From: an uncultured Gammaproteobacteria bacterium
GTDB lineage: Bacteria > Patescibacteriota > Patescibacteriia > SBBC01 > CAIJZX01
DNA length: 64,000 bases
Assembly (NCBI GenBank): GCA_964397195.1
Contig: CAYNGY010000002.1
Coordinates: 180,012 to 244,011 of the forward strand
Reading direction: 5' to 3'
A model generated the notes under the pieces. The model saw only the letters and a list, made by a program, of their open reading frames with translations. It did not search any database and was not told the origin of the DNA. Made by a program: the position numbers and the translations under genes. The stretch's first letter is position 1; each line of letters starts with the position of its first letter. Below, one piece after another: positions 53,912 through 62,804 of the stretch.

Positions 53912-55789
53912 ATGTGTGGAATCGTTGGATATATCGGACAACAATCGGCGGCGGGGCTCTTAGTGGCTGGCCTAGAGAAGCTTGAATATCGTGGGTATGA
54001 TTCAGCCGGAGTGGCGATTATTGATGACCAGCAGAGCTTAGTCATCCACAAGCGGCAAGGAAAGGTGGCGGTGACGGCCGCCGCTGTTCGTGAACATCAG
54101 CCGCGGGGGACGATGGGGATTGCCCATACTCGCTGGGCCACGCATGGTGAGCCGAGTGACCGGAACGCACATCCGCACGCTGACTGCTTGGACACGATCG
54201 CCGTCGTCCATAATGGACAACTCCCGAATTATCAGGCCTTGCGAAGTCGCTTGGCGGCGGACGGTCATACGCTTCGTTCGGACACCGACACGGAAGTGAT
54301 CGCGCATCTCCTGGAAGAGTTTCGGTCGAAAGGCGATGATTTCGTTACAGCGGTACGTCATACGATTAGCCTTCTGGAAGGCGGGACATTTGCGTTAGTA
54401 GTGATTGATCGTCGGGAGCCCGATCAAATGGTCGCCGCGTGTCTCGGGAGCCCGATGTATGTTGGAGTGAATGACCACGAACTTTTTGTCGCCTCGGATC
54501 ATCGGGCCTTTCGGGCCTCGACATCGCGTTCCATTCAGCTGCAAGACGGGCAGATGGCCATCTTAGGACGCCATGGGGCATACAAGATTATGACCTTTGA
54601 TCAGACGACCATCGCCCCGGCTGTTCAGGAGTTGAAATACCGGCTGGAGGATCTCGAGAAGGAAGGGTATGGGACGTTTATGGAAAAGGAAATCCATGAA
54701 CAACCGGACGTTATTCGACGGGTGCTTGAGGGACGCGCGACTGATGATGGCCATGTTCGTCTGGGTGGTATTGAATCGCATCCGGAGTTTGCTCGGTTTG
54801 TCGCCGAAGAAATGCGTCAGGTACTTATCCTTGGTTGTGGGACATCTCTGTTTGCGGGGGAGGCGATCGCACGTTTTTTTCAAGAACAAGGATTCACCGT
54901 GGAAGCGATGGATGCGGCGGAATTTGCCACCTCACATATGAAGGTGACGCCAGCCACGTTGGTGATCCCAATTTCACAATCTGGCACGACCGCCGATCTG
55001 TTGGTGGCGATGGATAAAGTGCGGGCTGCCGGCGCTGTCAGTTTTGCTTTGGTCAATGTGCCGGGTTCGAAATTGACGACCTACGGAACGGGAATGCATC
55101 TCCAGGCCGGACCGGAGACTGGGGTGGCTTCAACTAAGGCGTTCGTGGCGCAGGTGTTGAGCGGTGCGCTACTCGTCACGGCTCTGGCGCAACGTGATCG
55201 ACTGAATGCGCCCCACGTCCGGGCGTTTCTCGATCGGGCCGAGGGTCTCTCACGGGCGGTGGCTACAATCCTCGAGGCAAATGATACATTTCGGATGATC
55301 GGGCACGAATTAGCGACTACCCCGCGGATGCTGTACATTGGTCGCGGGTACGGATTGTCGGTGGCGAAAGAAGGGGCTTTGAAGATGATGGAAATCGCTC
55401 GAATCCCAAGTTTAGGGATGTCCGCGGCGACCATGAAGCACGGTCCGATCGCCTTGGTTGATACAGAGACAACCGTGGTGGCACTCTGTTTCCGCGATCC
55501 GCGAGTCCCCGAGCTCTACGACCTGACATTAAGTAATGTTGAGCAGGTGCTGGCACGAGGCGGCAGAGTGATTGCCATTACCGAAGTTGGTGATGAGCGC
55601 GTCCCAACGCTTGGCCCATCCGGGAACCACCCGCGACATGTGATTCAGGTGCCGGCGGTGCAGTACGGCATTTTGACGGCTATTACCGGCGTGGTGCCAT
55701 TGCAGGCCATCGCCCTCCATACAGCAGCGGCGCGGGGAATGAATGTTGACCAGCCGATGAATCTCGCGAAGTCGGTGACGGTCCTGTAG
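53912..55789 (+). CDS. glmS: Glutamine--fructose-6-phosphate aminotransferase (GlmS).
   Basis: The N-terminal glutaminase domain starts MCGIVGY. Two SIS domains follow. The length is typical of the family. Confidence 0.95.
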   Translation: MCGIVGYIGQQSAAGLLVAGLEKLEYRGYDSAGVAIIDDQQSLVIHKRQGKVAVTAAAVREHQPRGTMGIAHTRWATHGEPSDRNAHPHADCLDTIAVVHNGQLPNYQALRSRLAADGHTLRSDTDTEVIAHLLEEFRSKGDDFVTAVRHTISLLEGGTFALVVIDRREPDQMVAACLGSPMYVGVNDHELFVASDHRAFRASTSRSIQLQDGQMAILGRHGAYKIMTFDQTTIAPAVQELKYRLEDLEKEGYGTFMEKEIHEQPDVIRRVLEGRATDDGHVRLGGIESHPEFARFVAEEMRQVLILGCGTSLFAGEAIARFFQEQGFTVEAMDAAEFATSHMKVTPATLVIPISQSGTTADLLVAMDKVRAAGAVSFALVNVPGSKLTTYGTGMHLQAGPETGVASTKAFVAQVLSGALLVTALAQRDRLNAPHVRAFLDRAEGLSRAVATILEANDTFRMIGHELATTPRMLYIGRGYGLSVAKEGALKMMEIARIPSLGMSAATMKHGPIALVDTETTVVALCFRDPRVPELYDLTLSNVEQVLARGGRVIAITEVGDERVPTLGPSGNHPRHVIQVPAVQYGILTAITGVVPLQAIALHTAAARGMNVDQPMNLAKSVTVL

Positions 55790-55842
55790 ATCTTGACGCG
55801 AAAAACGCGTCGGCTACACTACGGGTAGGTTGGTGGCGCGCT

Positions 55843-57213
55843 ATGCGTCTCTCTTTTCTCATCGCCGTTACCATTGGGTTCAGCCTCGGCATTTTTTTGG
55901 CTGAACGAGGTGGGTCGGGGATATTTTGGCTGGTTGGCGTGGCGGCAGTTTCTTCGTTTTGGAATCGGGGGCGAACGTACGGACTTTTGATCTGCGCCTC
56001 AGCGCTCTGTGCTGTGATCATACTTGTATATGCGGTTCGGACCGATGTGCAGGCGTGGCGACCACAGTATGGACGTCCGGTCACCTTGACTGGAGTCGTC
56101 GTTGATGTGCAAACGGGCCGGACAATCGTTGGGTATATTCGGAATCCGCACCTTCCGGGCATGATCGTTTTACCGGTGGCGATCCCGGTCGGACGAACCG
56201 TGACATGGACCTGTACGCCGACACGGTTTGAGACTCGACCCTGGATGTATTTGGCGAAGCGGTGGCGAGCACGATGTGAAACAGTAACCATCACACACAT
56301 TTCCGATCGGGCGGAGCATTGGCATGGGTGGCTATCGGCATGGCGCACGCAAACAGTGCTTGGTTTACAACGTCGACTGCGGTCAGACGCCGCCGCACTC
56401 GCCGTTGGATTTCTGGTTGGGGACGATCAGTACTTTTCTGACGAATTACGCCAAGCTTTCCAGGCGACGGGTACGACCCATTTGGTCGCGTTATCAGGAT
56501 TTAATGTTTCCATCATTCTGGTCAGCCTTGTTGAGCTCACGGTGCCGTGGTTGGGGCGACGCCTAGGGTCGCTGGTTGGCTTAGCCGCGGTGCTAGCGCT
56601 GGTCGTTATTTCCGGTGCGCCGGCCTCAGTGGTGCGAGCGGCGGTCATGGCGGTGGTCGTGCTGGCGGCGCGAGCGCTAGGACGTCCCGTACAACCGGTG
56701 CGGCCGCTCCTCTACGCGATACTGTCCATGTTGGCACTCAATCCGTTTCTAATCAGTGACCTCGGGTTCCAACTGTCCGTCGCCTCAACCATCGGTCTGA
56801 TGCAACTTAGCGCCGGGCTTGCGTTGCGACTGAACTGGTTGCCGGATTTTTTTAGCATCCGCACAAATATGGCCACGACGCTGGCGGCGAGCGCCGCGAC
56901 ACTGCCGATCATACTTGGTACCTTTCAGCGCTTGTCGTTGGTGAGCGTGCTGGTGAATACTATCGTTTTGCCGTTGGTACCATTCGCTATGGCGTTAGCG
57001 GGAATTATGGCGTTGACGAGCACATGGCCAGTCGTGCATCAACTGGTACAGCCGATAACGGAGCTGTGGCTGATAACCATTTTGATCGTGATTCGCAGTG
57101 GGGCGAAACTGCCGTTCGCATTCGTAACGCTCTCGGGGTGGATTGGGCCGGCGGTGATCGCCATCGTGGCGATGATCGTGGTACGATTTGGGTATGCGAC
57201 GCGTCATTCTTAG
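55843..57213 (+). CDS. comEC: ComEC/Rec2-family DNA internalisation channel (DUF4131 plus the competence domain).
   Basis: The competence motif reads GTTHLVALSGFNVSIIL. The protein is polytopic. Confidence 0.7.
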   Translation: MRLSFLIAVTIGFSLGIFLAERGGSGIFWLVGVAAVSSFWNRGRTYGLLICASALCAVIILVYAVRTDVQAWRPQYGRPVTLTGVVVDVQTGRTIVGYIRNPHLPGMIVLPVAIPVGRTVTWTCTPTRFETRPWMYLAKRWRARCETVTITHISDRAEHWHGWLSAWRTQTVLGLQRRLRSDAAALAVGFLVGDDQYFSDELRQAFQATGTTHLVALSGFNVSIILVSLVELTVPWLGRRLGSLVGLAAVLALVVISGAPASVVRAAVMAVVVLAARALGRPVQPVRPLLYAILSMLALNPFLISDLGFQLSVASTIGLMQLSAGLALRLNWLPDFFSIRTNMATTLAASAATLPIILGTFQRLSLVSVLVNTIVLPLVPFAMALAGIMALTSTWPVVHQLVQPITELWLITILIVIRSGAKLPFAFVTLSGWIGPAVIAIVAMIVVRFGYATRHS

Positions 57214-58057
57214 TCTTATCTTGGTGTTGACCATCGCCGTGACGATGGTTCGCTGGCCAGCACCTACAGCGCCGGCGGTGAATAGTCATACCTGTCTCTT
57301 TGCGGCGCTTGATGTTGGACAGGGGGATGCCTTGTACATTCGGACATCGGATGGCCAAGACGTTTTAATTGACGGTGGCCCGGGAGATCGAGTGGTTGGT
57401 GCCCTCGAGACAGTCATGCCGCTCGGTGACCATGACCTCGAACTAGTGGTAGCGACGCACCCGGATAGTGATCACATCGCTGGTTTGCCGAGCGTCTTAG
57501 ACCGATACGATGTCCAGACGATTTTCGTGACCGGGGTGACGGCGGATACCGCCACTGACCGTCGATGGCGAGCGGCCATCGACACCGAACACGCGGCGCG
57601 TAAAATTGTGCGAGGTGGGCAACAGTACCAACTTGGCGCCGACTTAACGCTCCGTGTATTATGGCCGACCGAGGCGTGGATGGCGGATACAAAACGTGTC
57701 GACGCCGATCGAAATGCGACGAGCATCGTCATTCAGGCGACCTGTGCGGGGAGTACGGTGTTACTGACGGGCGATGCGTCGACTGACGTAGAGGAGCAAC
57801 TCCTCGCTGCCCATGTTGATGTGCGAGCCACCATGGTAAAGCTTGGACATCACGGGTCGAAGTATTCATCGTCGTCTGAATTTTTAGCCGCAGTGAAACC
57901 GGCGTTGGCGATAGTTTCGGCCGGAAAAGATAACCGATATGGGCATCCATCACCTTCAGTTATTGAGCGGTTACGCCTGCTGGGCATTCCGGTTCGTCGA
58001 ACCGATACCGAGGGAACTATACTTTTTCATACTGATGGCCAAGGTGGCTGGAAATAG
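57188..58057 (+). CDS. Metallo-beta-lactamase domain protein (the ComEC C-terminal MBL module) as a separate, 26-nt-overlapping ORF.
   Basis: The MBL motifs are ALDVGQGDALYIRT...VLIDGG, ATHPDSDHIAGL and KLGHHGS. It has its own N-terminal hydrophobic segment. Confidence 0.65.
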   Translation: MGMRRVILSLILVLTIAVTMVRWPAPTAPAVNSHTCLFAALDVGQGDALYIRTSDGQDVLIDGGPGDRVVGALETVMPLGDHDLELVVATHPDSDHIAGLPSVLDRYDVQTIFVTGVTADTATDRRWRAAIDTEHAARKIVRGGQQYQLGADLTLRVLWPTEAWMADTKRVDADRNATSIVIQATCAGSTVLLTGDASTDVEEQLLAAHVDVRATMVKLGHHGSKYSSSSEFLAAVKPALAIVSAGKDNRYGHPSPSVIERLRLLGIPVRRTDTEGTILFHTDGQGGWK

Positions 58058-58126
58058 TTCGGCCATTTCGGTTTTGTAAAAAATATTGACATCGTTGTCG
58101 ACGGTCCGGTGAGGGCGTAGCTGGGC

Positions 58127-58155
58127 TTGACAAATCTAATGTTTTGTGCTAGATT
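58127..58155 (+). promoter_or_regulatory. Strong sigma70-like promoter for the foreign two-gene cassette: -35 TTGACA, a 17-nt spacer, and an extended -10 TGcTAGATT.
   Basis: TTGACA lies at 58127-58132 and TAGATT at 58150-58155. A ~150-nt structured leader follows, with hairpins TTGTCGA/TCGACAA and AATGCTG/CAGCATT. A GAGGAG Shine-Dalgarno precedes the ATG at 58306. Confidence 0.5.
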
Positions 58156-58305
58156 CATGCGTTATTCTGGTGCTAGAAATATTGTCGAGAGGTCCTTCGA
58201 CAACTGAATAGAGAATTAGAGAAACAACGCGCATCACGCGCAGACATTCACCGGCCAATAGGCCAATGCTGAGGTTCATCCCAGCATTCTCAGAGGAGAT
58301 TTCGC

Positions 58306-59181
58306 ATGGCTTCGAATGCTCTACTCGACGCAGTCGGGACGACGCTCGGTCTCGGAGCGGCCCGGTGGGTTGCTCCGCAGCTTGAAGGCGGATTCCGTCG
58401 CGCTGCCGAAATGCTGGCGACGGACAACCCTGAGGCGTGGCATCGGCTGCGTCACGGTTGGAAGCTCAAGCTTCCGTTCCGTGGCAACGTCGACAAGAAG
58501 ACGATCGTGGGGAGCACGGTGCTCAACACGGTTGCGCAGAGCCTGACGAACCACCTCGGGCCGCTCGGCGGCACGGTCGACGAAGTTGTCGAACGTGTCG
58601 TCAGCGAGCTGCCGCAGGTTCTTCCGCGCGTGTTCGACCCGATCGCTGAGGCGTATACGCCGCGGCCCGGTGTCACGGCGCCGACGAATGATCAGGCCGT
58701 CGAGGCGTTCAACCTCTACACGGCCCTGTTCTTCAAGAACCTACCGTTCACGCTCGTGACGTTCACGGGCGGCCAGAATCCGACGCGACTGCTGACCCGA
58801 ATGGGTGAGCAGATGCAACAGGCGGTCAACGCCTGCGGCCCGATCGCGGTGCTGGCGATGTCCCACATCTGGATGGAGGAGTTCAACGAGGCCGACCGCA
58901 CGAAGTACGCCGCGACGTTCTACGCCATGAACACGCCGACGGAAGTCGAGGTGTTCTTGTCGGCCCCGAACAAGGCGGCGAGGAAGACGGTACTCGACTT
59001 CTACGTCGAGATGAAGCGGCTGCGCCTGCCGATCACGTCGGATCAGGCGATCGCCTTCCTCAAGGGCCTGAAGACGAAGGGTTGGGACGCGCATGCGGTG
59101 CCGTTCCTGAAGAAAGCCGCGACGGATCTCAACGATCACGCGGCTAAAGTTCGCGCCAAGCGCGCAGCTCGGCGTCGGTAG
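58306..59181 (+). CDS. GC3-rich foreign gene. It encodes a soluble alpha-helical protein of unknown function with a basic C-terminal tail.
   Basis: Composition and codon usage differ markedly from the host genes. No recognisable motif was found. Confidence 0.5.
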   Translation: MASNALLDAVGTTLGLGAARWVAPQLEGGFRRAAEMLATDNPEAWHRLRHGWKLKLPFRGNVDKKTIVGSTVLNTVAQSLTNHLGPLGGTVDEVVERVVSELPQVLPRVFDPIAEAYTPRPGVTAPTNDQAVEAFNLYTALFFKNLPFTLVTFTGGQNPTRLLTRMGEQMQQAVNACGPIAVLAMSHIWMEEFNEADRTKYAATFYAMNTPTEVEVFLSAPNKAARKTVLDFYVEMKRLRLPITSDQAIAFLKGLKTKGWDAHAVPFLKKAATDLNDHAAKVRAKRAARRR

Positions 59182-59228
59182 CCACAACCTCATGGACGCT
59201 TGCGTCCACTACGATAGGAGAGTGTCCA

Positions 59229-60944
59229 ATGGCTGGTGAAGACAAGAAGAAGGGGAAGCCGGAAGGTGACCCCAAGCCGTCGCCGGCTCCGGCTCCGTCT
59301 GGCCCGAAGGGTTGGGCGGACGTCGTCGCTGAGCATATCGACAAGGTGCCTGGGGTGGCGCTCGAAGGAGTGCGCATCGGTGCCTTGACCGCCGCGATCG
59401 TGACCCCGGAAGGCCGCGGGTTGGTCAGCAGCGGCTTCAACGTGGCCAGAGAGTACTTCATGCTCTGGCTCGAGCAGATCATGGACTTCAACTCGGAGAT
59501 GGGCGCGCGGATGCGGACCCGGATCCTGTTGCTGTTCGGGATGATGCTCCTGGGCATGGCGGCAACGCTCATCTTCCACGACAAGGATCAGCGCATCCCG
59601 GTCGAGGCGATCTTGGCCATCATCACGGTGGTGCTGGCAGCGCTCTTCTCGGTTCAGGAGATTCGCTGGTTCGTCACGGTCGGCGCGGCCAAGAACGGGT
59701 TCAGCGCGATCAAGCCGGAACATATTCAGAGTCTGTTCCGGTTCAATCCGTTCGACCTGATCTTCGCGGCCGCTCCGCCGGCCGTGAGTGGTGGGCTGGG
59801 ACTGTACTGGATCTACGTCCAGATCATGCAGAAGATCGGCTTCTACGGCATGCTGCTCTTCTGCTACTACATGTTCCCGTTCTGGCATCTGCCCTGGCTC
59901 GTTGCGAGCGGGCCGATCCTGCTGTTCTCCTACGTCATCCTGGCGGTGGCCTACACGGACGCCGCGAAGGGGCAGCTGTGGTTCTTCTGGATATTCATGA
60001 CCACACTGCTCCTGAGCGTCTGTCTGGCGCTGACCATCTTTCCGGATGTCGCGGACTGGATCATCGCCGGCGGATCGCTCTTGGCGGTTGCGCTTTGCCT
60101 CATTGTTGGTGGTCTCGTGCGCTTCGGCGTGATCTGGTCTTCGGATCAGGATCGCCAGCACAAGATCAACATGGCGGCGAAGGGTAAGGACGGCAAGGGC
60201 GTGGCGACCCCGGGTTCCAACGGGTCGCGCTCGAACACGCGGAAGGGTACGGGGTGGGCAATCCTGATCGGTTCAGGAGTCGTGCTCGTTCTCGTGATCG
60301 CGTTCTTCGGGTTCCAGAAGGTCTACGCCGCGTGGGGTCACTTCAACACGGTGACCGGAATCGCGCCGGCCATGCAGAGCAAGACGGCCAAGAAATTCGG
60401 TCTCGCCTCGGCATACCCGATGCCGGCGGTTGGGGCCGACGCGATCACGGACGCCACCGAAGCTGATGGCACGACCGGGACCGTGACGCTCGAAGACAGC
60501 GTGCAGGTTCTCGCCTTCACGCGGTCGCTCAACGTCCAGCTCGGGCCGATGAAATCGGGCGTGGTCGTCGAACGCGGCGACGTGGTCACGATCACGACCG
60601 ACGTGGCCACCTACAACGCCTACGACACGCAGGGGAACGTGGCCGCCTGTCGTCTCGACGGGGGAATGGTGAACGGTCATCCCGACCGTCCGACGGACCA
60701 TCCCGACCTGATGGCAGAGTTCGGCAAGTTCTACCCGGCGACCTGGATGCGTACTGGGTCGCTCCTGATCCGAATCGGCGACGACTTCGTCGATGTCGGA
60801 ACCCGGAAGACCTTCACGGTCACGACGGGCGGGAAGAACGAGATGATCGGCTACCTCAACCAGCCGGTCATCGATGAAATGCAGGGGGTTCTGCTTCCGG
60901 ACCAGAAGATCCCCATGACCGTCACGGTCAAACGTCCGCGCTGA
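59229..60944 (+). CDS. GC3-rich foreign gene. It encodes a polytopic membrane protein (about 8 aromatic-rich transmembrane helices) with a ~200-aa C-terminal beta-rich soluble domain.
   Basis: Examples of the transmembrane helices are ILLLFGMMLLGMAATLIF, FYGMLLFCYYMFPFWHLPWLV and LWFFWIFMTTLLLSVCLALTIF. The function is unknown. Confidence 0.5.
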   Translation: MAGEDKKKGKPEGDPKPSPAPAPSGPKGWADVVAEHIDKVPGVALEGVRIGALTAAIVTPEGRGLVSSGFNVAREYFMLWLEQIMDFNSEMGARMRTRILLLFGMMLLGMAATLIFHDKDQRIPVEAILAIITVVLAALFSVQEIRWFVTVGAAKNGFSAIKPEHIQSLFRFNPFDLIFAAAPPAVSGGLGLYWIYVQIMQKIGFYGMLLFCYYMFPFWHLPWLVASGPILLFSYVILAVAYTDAAKGQLWFFWIFMTTLLLSVCLALTIFPDVADWIIAGGSLLAVALCLIVGGLVRFGVIWSSDQDRQHKINMAAKGKDGKGVATPGSNGSRSNTRKGTGWAILIGSGVVLVLVIAFFGFQKVYAAWGHFNTVTGIAPAMQSKTAKKFGLASAYPMPAVGADAITDATEADGTTGTVTLEDSVQVLAFTRSLNVQLGPMKSGVVVERGDVVTITTDVATYNAYDTQGNVAACRLDGGMVNGHPDRPTDHPDLMAEFGKFYPATWMRTGSLLIRIGDDFVDVGTRKTFTVTTGGKNEMIGYLNQPVIDEMQGVLLPDQKIPMTVTVKRPR

Positions 60945-60968
60945 CGTTTAACAGCGCGAGCACCTTCA

Positions 60969-61016
60969 GCCTCGGGGCGAGAGTTCGACTCTCTCGTCCC
61001 GAGGCTTTTCTTTTTG
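60969..61016 (+). terminator. Intrinsic terminator: the stem GCCTCGGGGCGAGAG/CTCTCGTCCCGAGGC followed by TTTTCTTTTT.
   Basis: The stem is 14-15 bp with a short loop and a T-tract at 61006-61016. It lies directly after the cassette. Confidence 0.7.
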
Positions 61017-61179
61017 CTAACTCTAGCGGAAATATACCTTCAGCATTTCTTCAGTTTCATTTTGTATACTATAGGGTTGGTCCGTGTGGCTGGATTCTGC
61101 TACGGAAAGGGACGTGGTTTCCACAAACCTAGACATATCGTTATCGGCGTGTTACGATAGCGCCCGCTAGAAACACCGT

Positions 61180-61201
61180 GGGCTCATAGTGTAGCGGTTA
61201 A
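61180..61201 (+). repeat. 22-nt direct copy of the tRNA-Asp 5' end (acceptor 5' strand through the D-loop): GGGCTCATAGTGTAGCGGTTAA.
   Basis: It is identical to 61275-61296 and diverges thereafter. Confidence 0.7.
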
Positions 61202-61274
61202 TCCCGTATAACCCGCTACGCGAGTTTACGGGACAGGCACGTCAAGTTTTACGTTCGTTTCGTTTCGCTCCTGG

Positions 61275-61350
61275 GGGCTCATAGTGTAGCGGTTAACACG
61301 TCTCCCTGTCACGGAGAAGATCGGGGGTTCGAATCCCCCTGGGCCCGCCA
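61275..61350 (+). tRNA. tRNA-Asp (anticodon GTC), with an encoded CCA end.
   Basis: The sequence is GGGCTCATAGTGTAGCGGTTAACACGTCTCCCTGTCACGGAGAAGATCGGGGGTTCGAATCCCCCTGGGCCCGCCA. The acceptor stem is GGGCTCA/TGGGCCC with one G·U pair. The anticodon loop is CTGTCAC. It is flanked by a 14-bp inverted repeat (61258-61271 / 61351-61364). Confidence 0.8.
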
Positions 61351-61413
61351 GGAGCGAAACGAAATGGAGAAGACTTGCCCCGTAATCCCGAGTCTACGAA
61401 GGGATGTACGGGG

Positions 61414-61443
61414 TCGGGGGTTCGAATCCCCCTGGGCCCGCCA
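61414..61443 (+). repeat. 30-nt direct copy of the tRNA-Asp 3' end (T-arm plus acceptor 3' strand plus CCA): TCGGGGGTTCGAATCCCCCTGGGCCCGCCA.
   Basis: It is identical to 61321-61350. Confidence 0.7.
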
Positions 61444-61628
61444 CGCGTCATCGCGCCCGCCGCTACAACGGCGGGTGCTTTGCATCCCACCGTCGCCGCT
61501 TCAGGTGCGTGCCGCTCTTCCCCAAAACGAGCAAGTCGTTTTGGGGACCCCGGCGCTTGCACTGTATCCCACCAGGTGGCACTCTTTGAATGTAGGTAGC
61601 GGATTTAAACCGATATTACCTTACGTAT

Positions 61629-62390
61629 ATGACGCTAAAGCAAGATACAGTCCAAGATTTGATCGACGGCGAAGGGTTTCTGTTGTCCGAAGCCCCTAAA
61701 CAATACGGCGAATATTTTTCGCATGCCCTTGGGTTTGGGGAATTTTGGGGGACCTTCCTGTCATCAATTGATCCGGATAGATATATCTTCGCTGCCTTTC
61801 TTTCACAAGTAAGGAAGAATTATTTTCTATCTCTATTCTCATCCTTACGGCGCCACCACGTACAGGCGGGCATGGACTTACGCCAAATGCTTGAGTCTGG
61901 TGCTTGGGCGGCATATGCCATAGGGAATCCCGAACAGGAAAAATTTACGGAAAAAATCAACGGAATTCTTGAAACCCCGGACAGGTTGTCCGATGCTAGG
62001 AACGATTGGTTGAATGATAACTTCAAAACGCAGTCAGATGCCATCAAGCGATTTAAAGGCCTTATCAACAATAGCGTAGCGCATGCCAGTATTGTGTACG
62101 CCTTAAATAACTTCCGATTGGACGCCAAAGCGGGGAAGTTTGAGACGCCTTATTTTGACTTCGAAGATAGATTCCAAGTAAAAAACGATTTATGGTTCAT
62201 GTCGAATATTGCTTTGGGGCTACTGGATTTATTTTTTGGAGCCAATATCGGCAGGGGCGTCATAAAATTTTCACCGACATTTTCTCAAACCCTTAAATCT
62301 TTAGAAGCGGTAAATATCCGACTTAAGACGGAGATGCTAAAGGGGAGAACCGCAGCTGATCCACGGCCTAACCGAGGAGTCAAGGAATAG
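61629..62390 (+). CDS. AT-rich (low-GC) gene of unknown function. It is a likely accessory or defence-type gene adjacent to the tRNA-Asp locus.
   Basis: Its composition is clearly lower in GC than the flanking genes. The protein is soluble, with no recognisable catalytic motif. Confidence 0.45.
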   Translation: MTLKQDTVQDLIDGEGFLLSEAPKQYGEYFSHALGFGEFWGTFLSSIDPDRYIFAAFLSQVRKNYFLSLFSSLRRHHVQAGMDLRQMLESGAWAAYAIGNPEQEKFTEKINGILETPDRLSDARNDWLNDNFKTQSDAIKRFKGLINNSVAHASIVYALNNFRLDAKAGKFETPYFDFEDRFQVKNDLWFMSNIALGLLDLFFGANIGRGVIKFSPTFSQTLKSLEAVNIRLKTEMLKGRTAADPRPNRGVKE

Positions 62391-62422
62391 CGGTCTCCGG
62401 AATATAACAAACTATCAAAACA

Positions 62423-62450
62423 CCCCGCCGCGGCGGGGTCTTTTGATTTT
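62423..62450. terminator. Bidirectional intrinsic terminator: the stem CCCCGCCGCGGCGGGG flanked by T/A runs on both strands.
   Basis: It sits between the 3' ends of the + strand gene (61629-62390) and the - strand rplT. Confidence 0.65.
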
Positions 62451-62456
62451 CGTTGA

Positions 62457-62801
62457 TTACTTGGTGGCTAGTTTAACGATAGCCGCGAACACCTCGGGCT
62501 GGTTCATCGCCAGGTCGGCGAGAATCTTGCGGTCGAGTTCGACCTTGGCGATCTTCAGCTTGTTGATCAACTTGCTGTAGGTGGTGCCGTTTTCACGAGC
62601 GCCGGCATTCATCCGAATTTGCCAGAGGGAGCGGGCTTCGCGCTTCTTCAGCTTCCGGCCACGGTAGGCATGTTGCCCGGCGCGGGTTGAGGCTTGGCGC
62701 CCAAGGCGGATTGAGGACTTACGCTTCCAGCGGAATCCTTTAGTGGTCTTGAGGAGATTTTTTCGGCGTTTAACGTGAGCGACACCGCGTTTTACGCGCA
62801 T
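62457..62801 (-). CDS. rplT: 50S ribosomal protein L20.
   Basis: The L20 signature is present: MRVKRGVAHVKRRKNLLKTTKGFR...RLGRQASTRAGQHAYRGRK. Confidence 0.9.
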   Translation of the reverse strand: MRVKRGVAHVKRRKNLLKTTKGFRWKRKSSIRLGRQASTRAGQHAYRGRKLKKREARSLWQIRMNAGARENGTTYSKLINKLKIAKVELDRKILADLAMNQPEVFAAIVKLATK

Positions 62802-62804
62802 ACA

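Noticed and set aside
53899-53912. Looked for a glmS ribozyme upstream of glmS.
   Set aside because: Only 12 nt separate prfB and glmS. There is no room for the ~170-nt ribozyme, and glmS is apparently co-transcribed with prfB.
59190-60701. A 323-aa antisense ORF (59190..60161) and others within the foreign membrane-protein gene.
   Set aside because: The same GC-driven artefact: Arg-rich composition, complete overlap with a frame that yields regular transmembrane helices.
61364-61699. Small ORFs (61364..61699, 61375..61599, 61293..61562) spanning the tRNA-Asp region.
   Set aside because: They overlap the tRNA gene and its repeat scars, have no RBS, and translate tRNA-like sequence (GFESPWAR).
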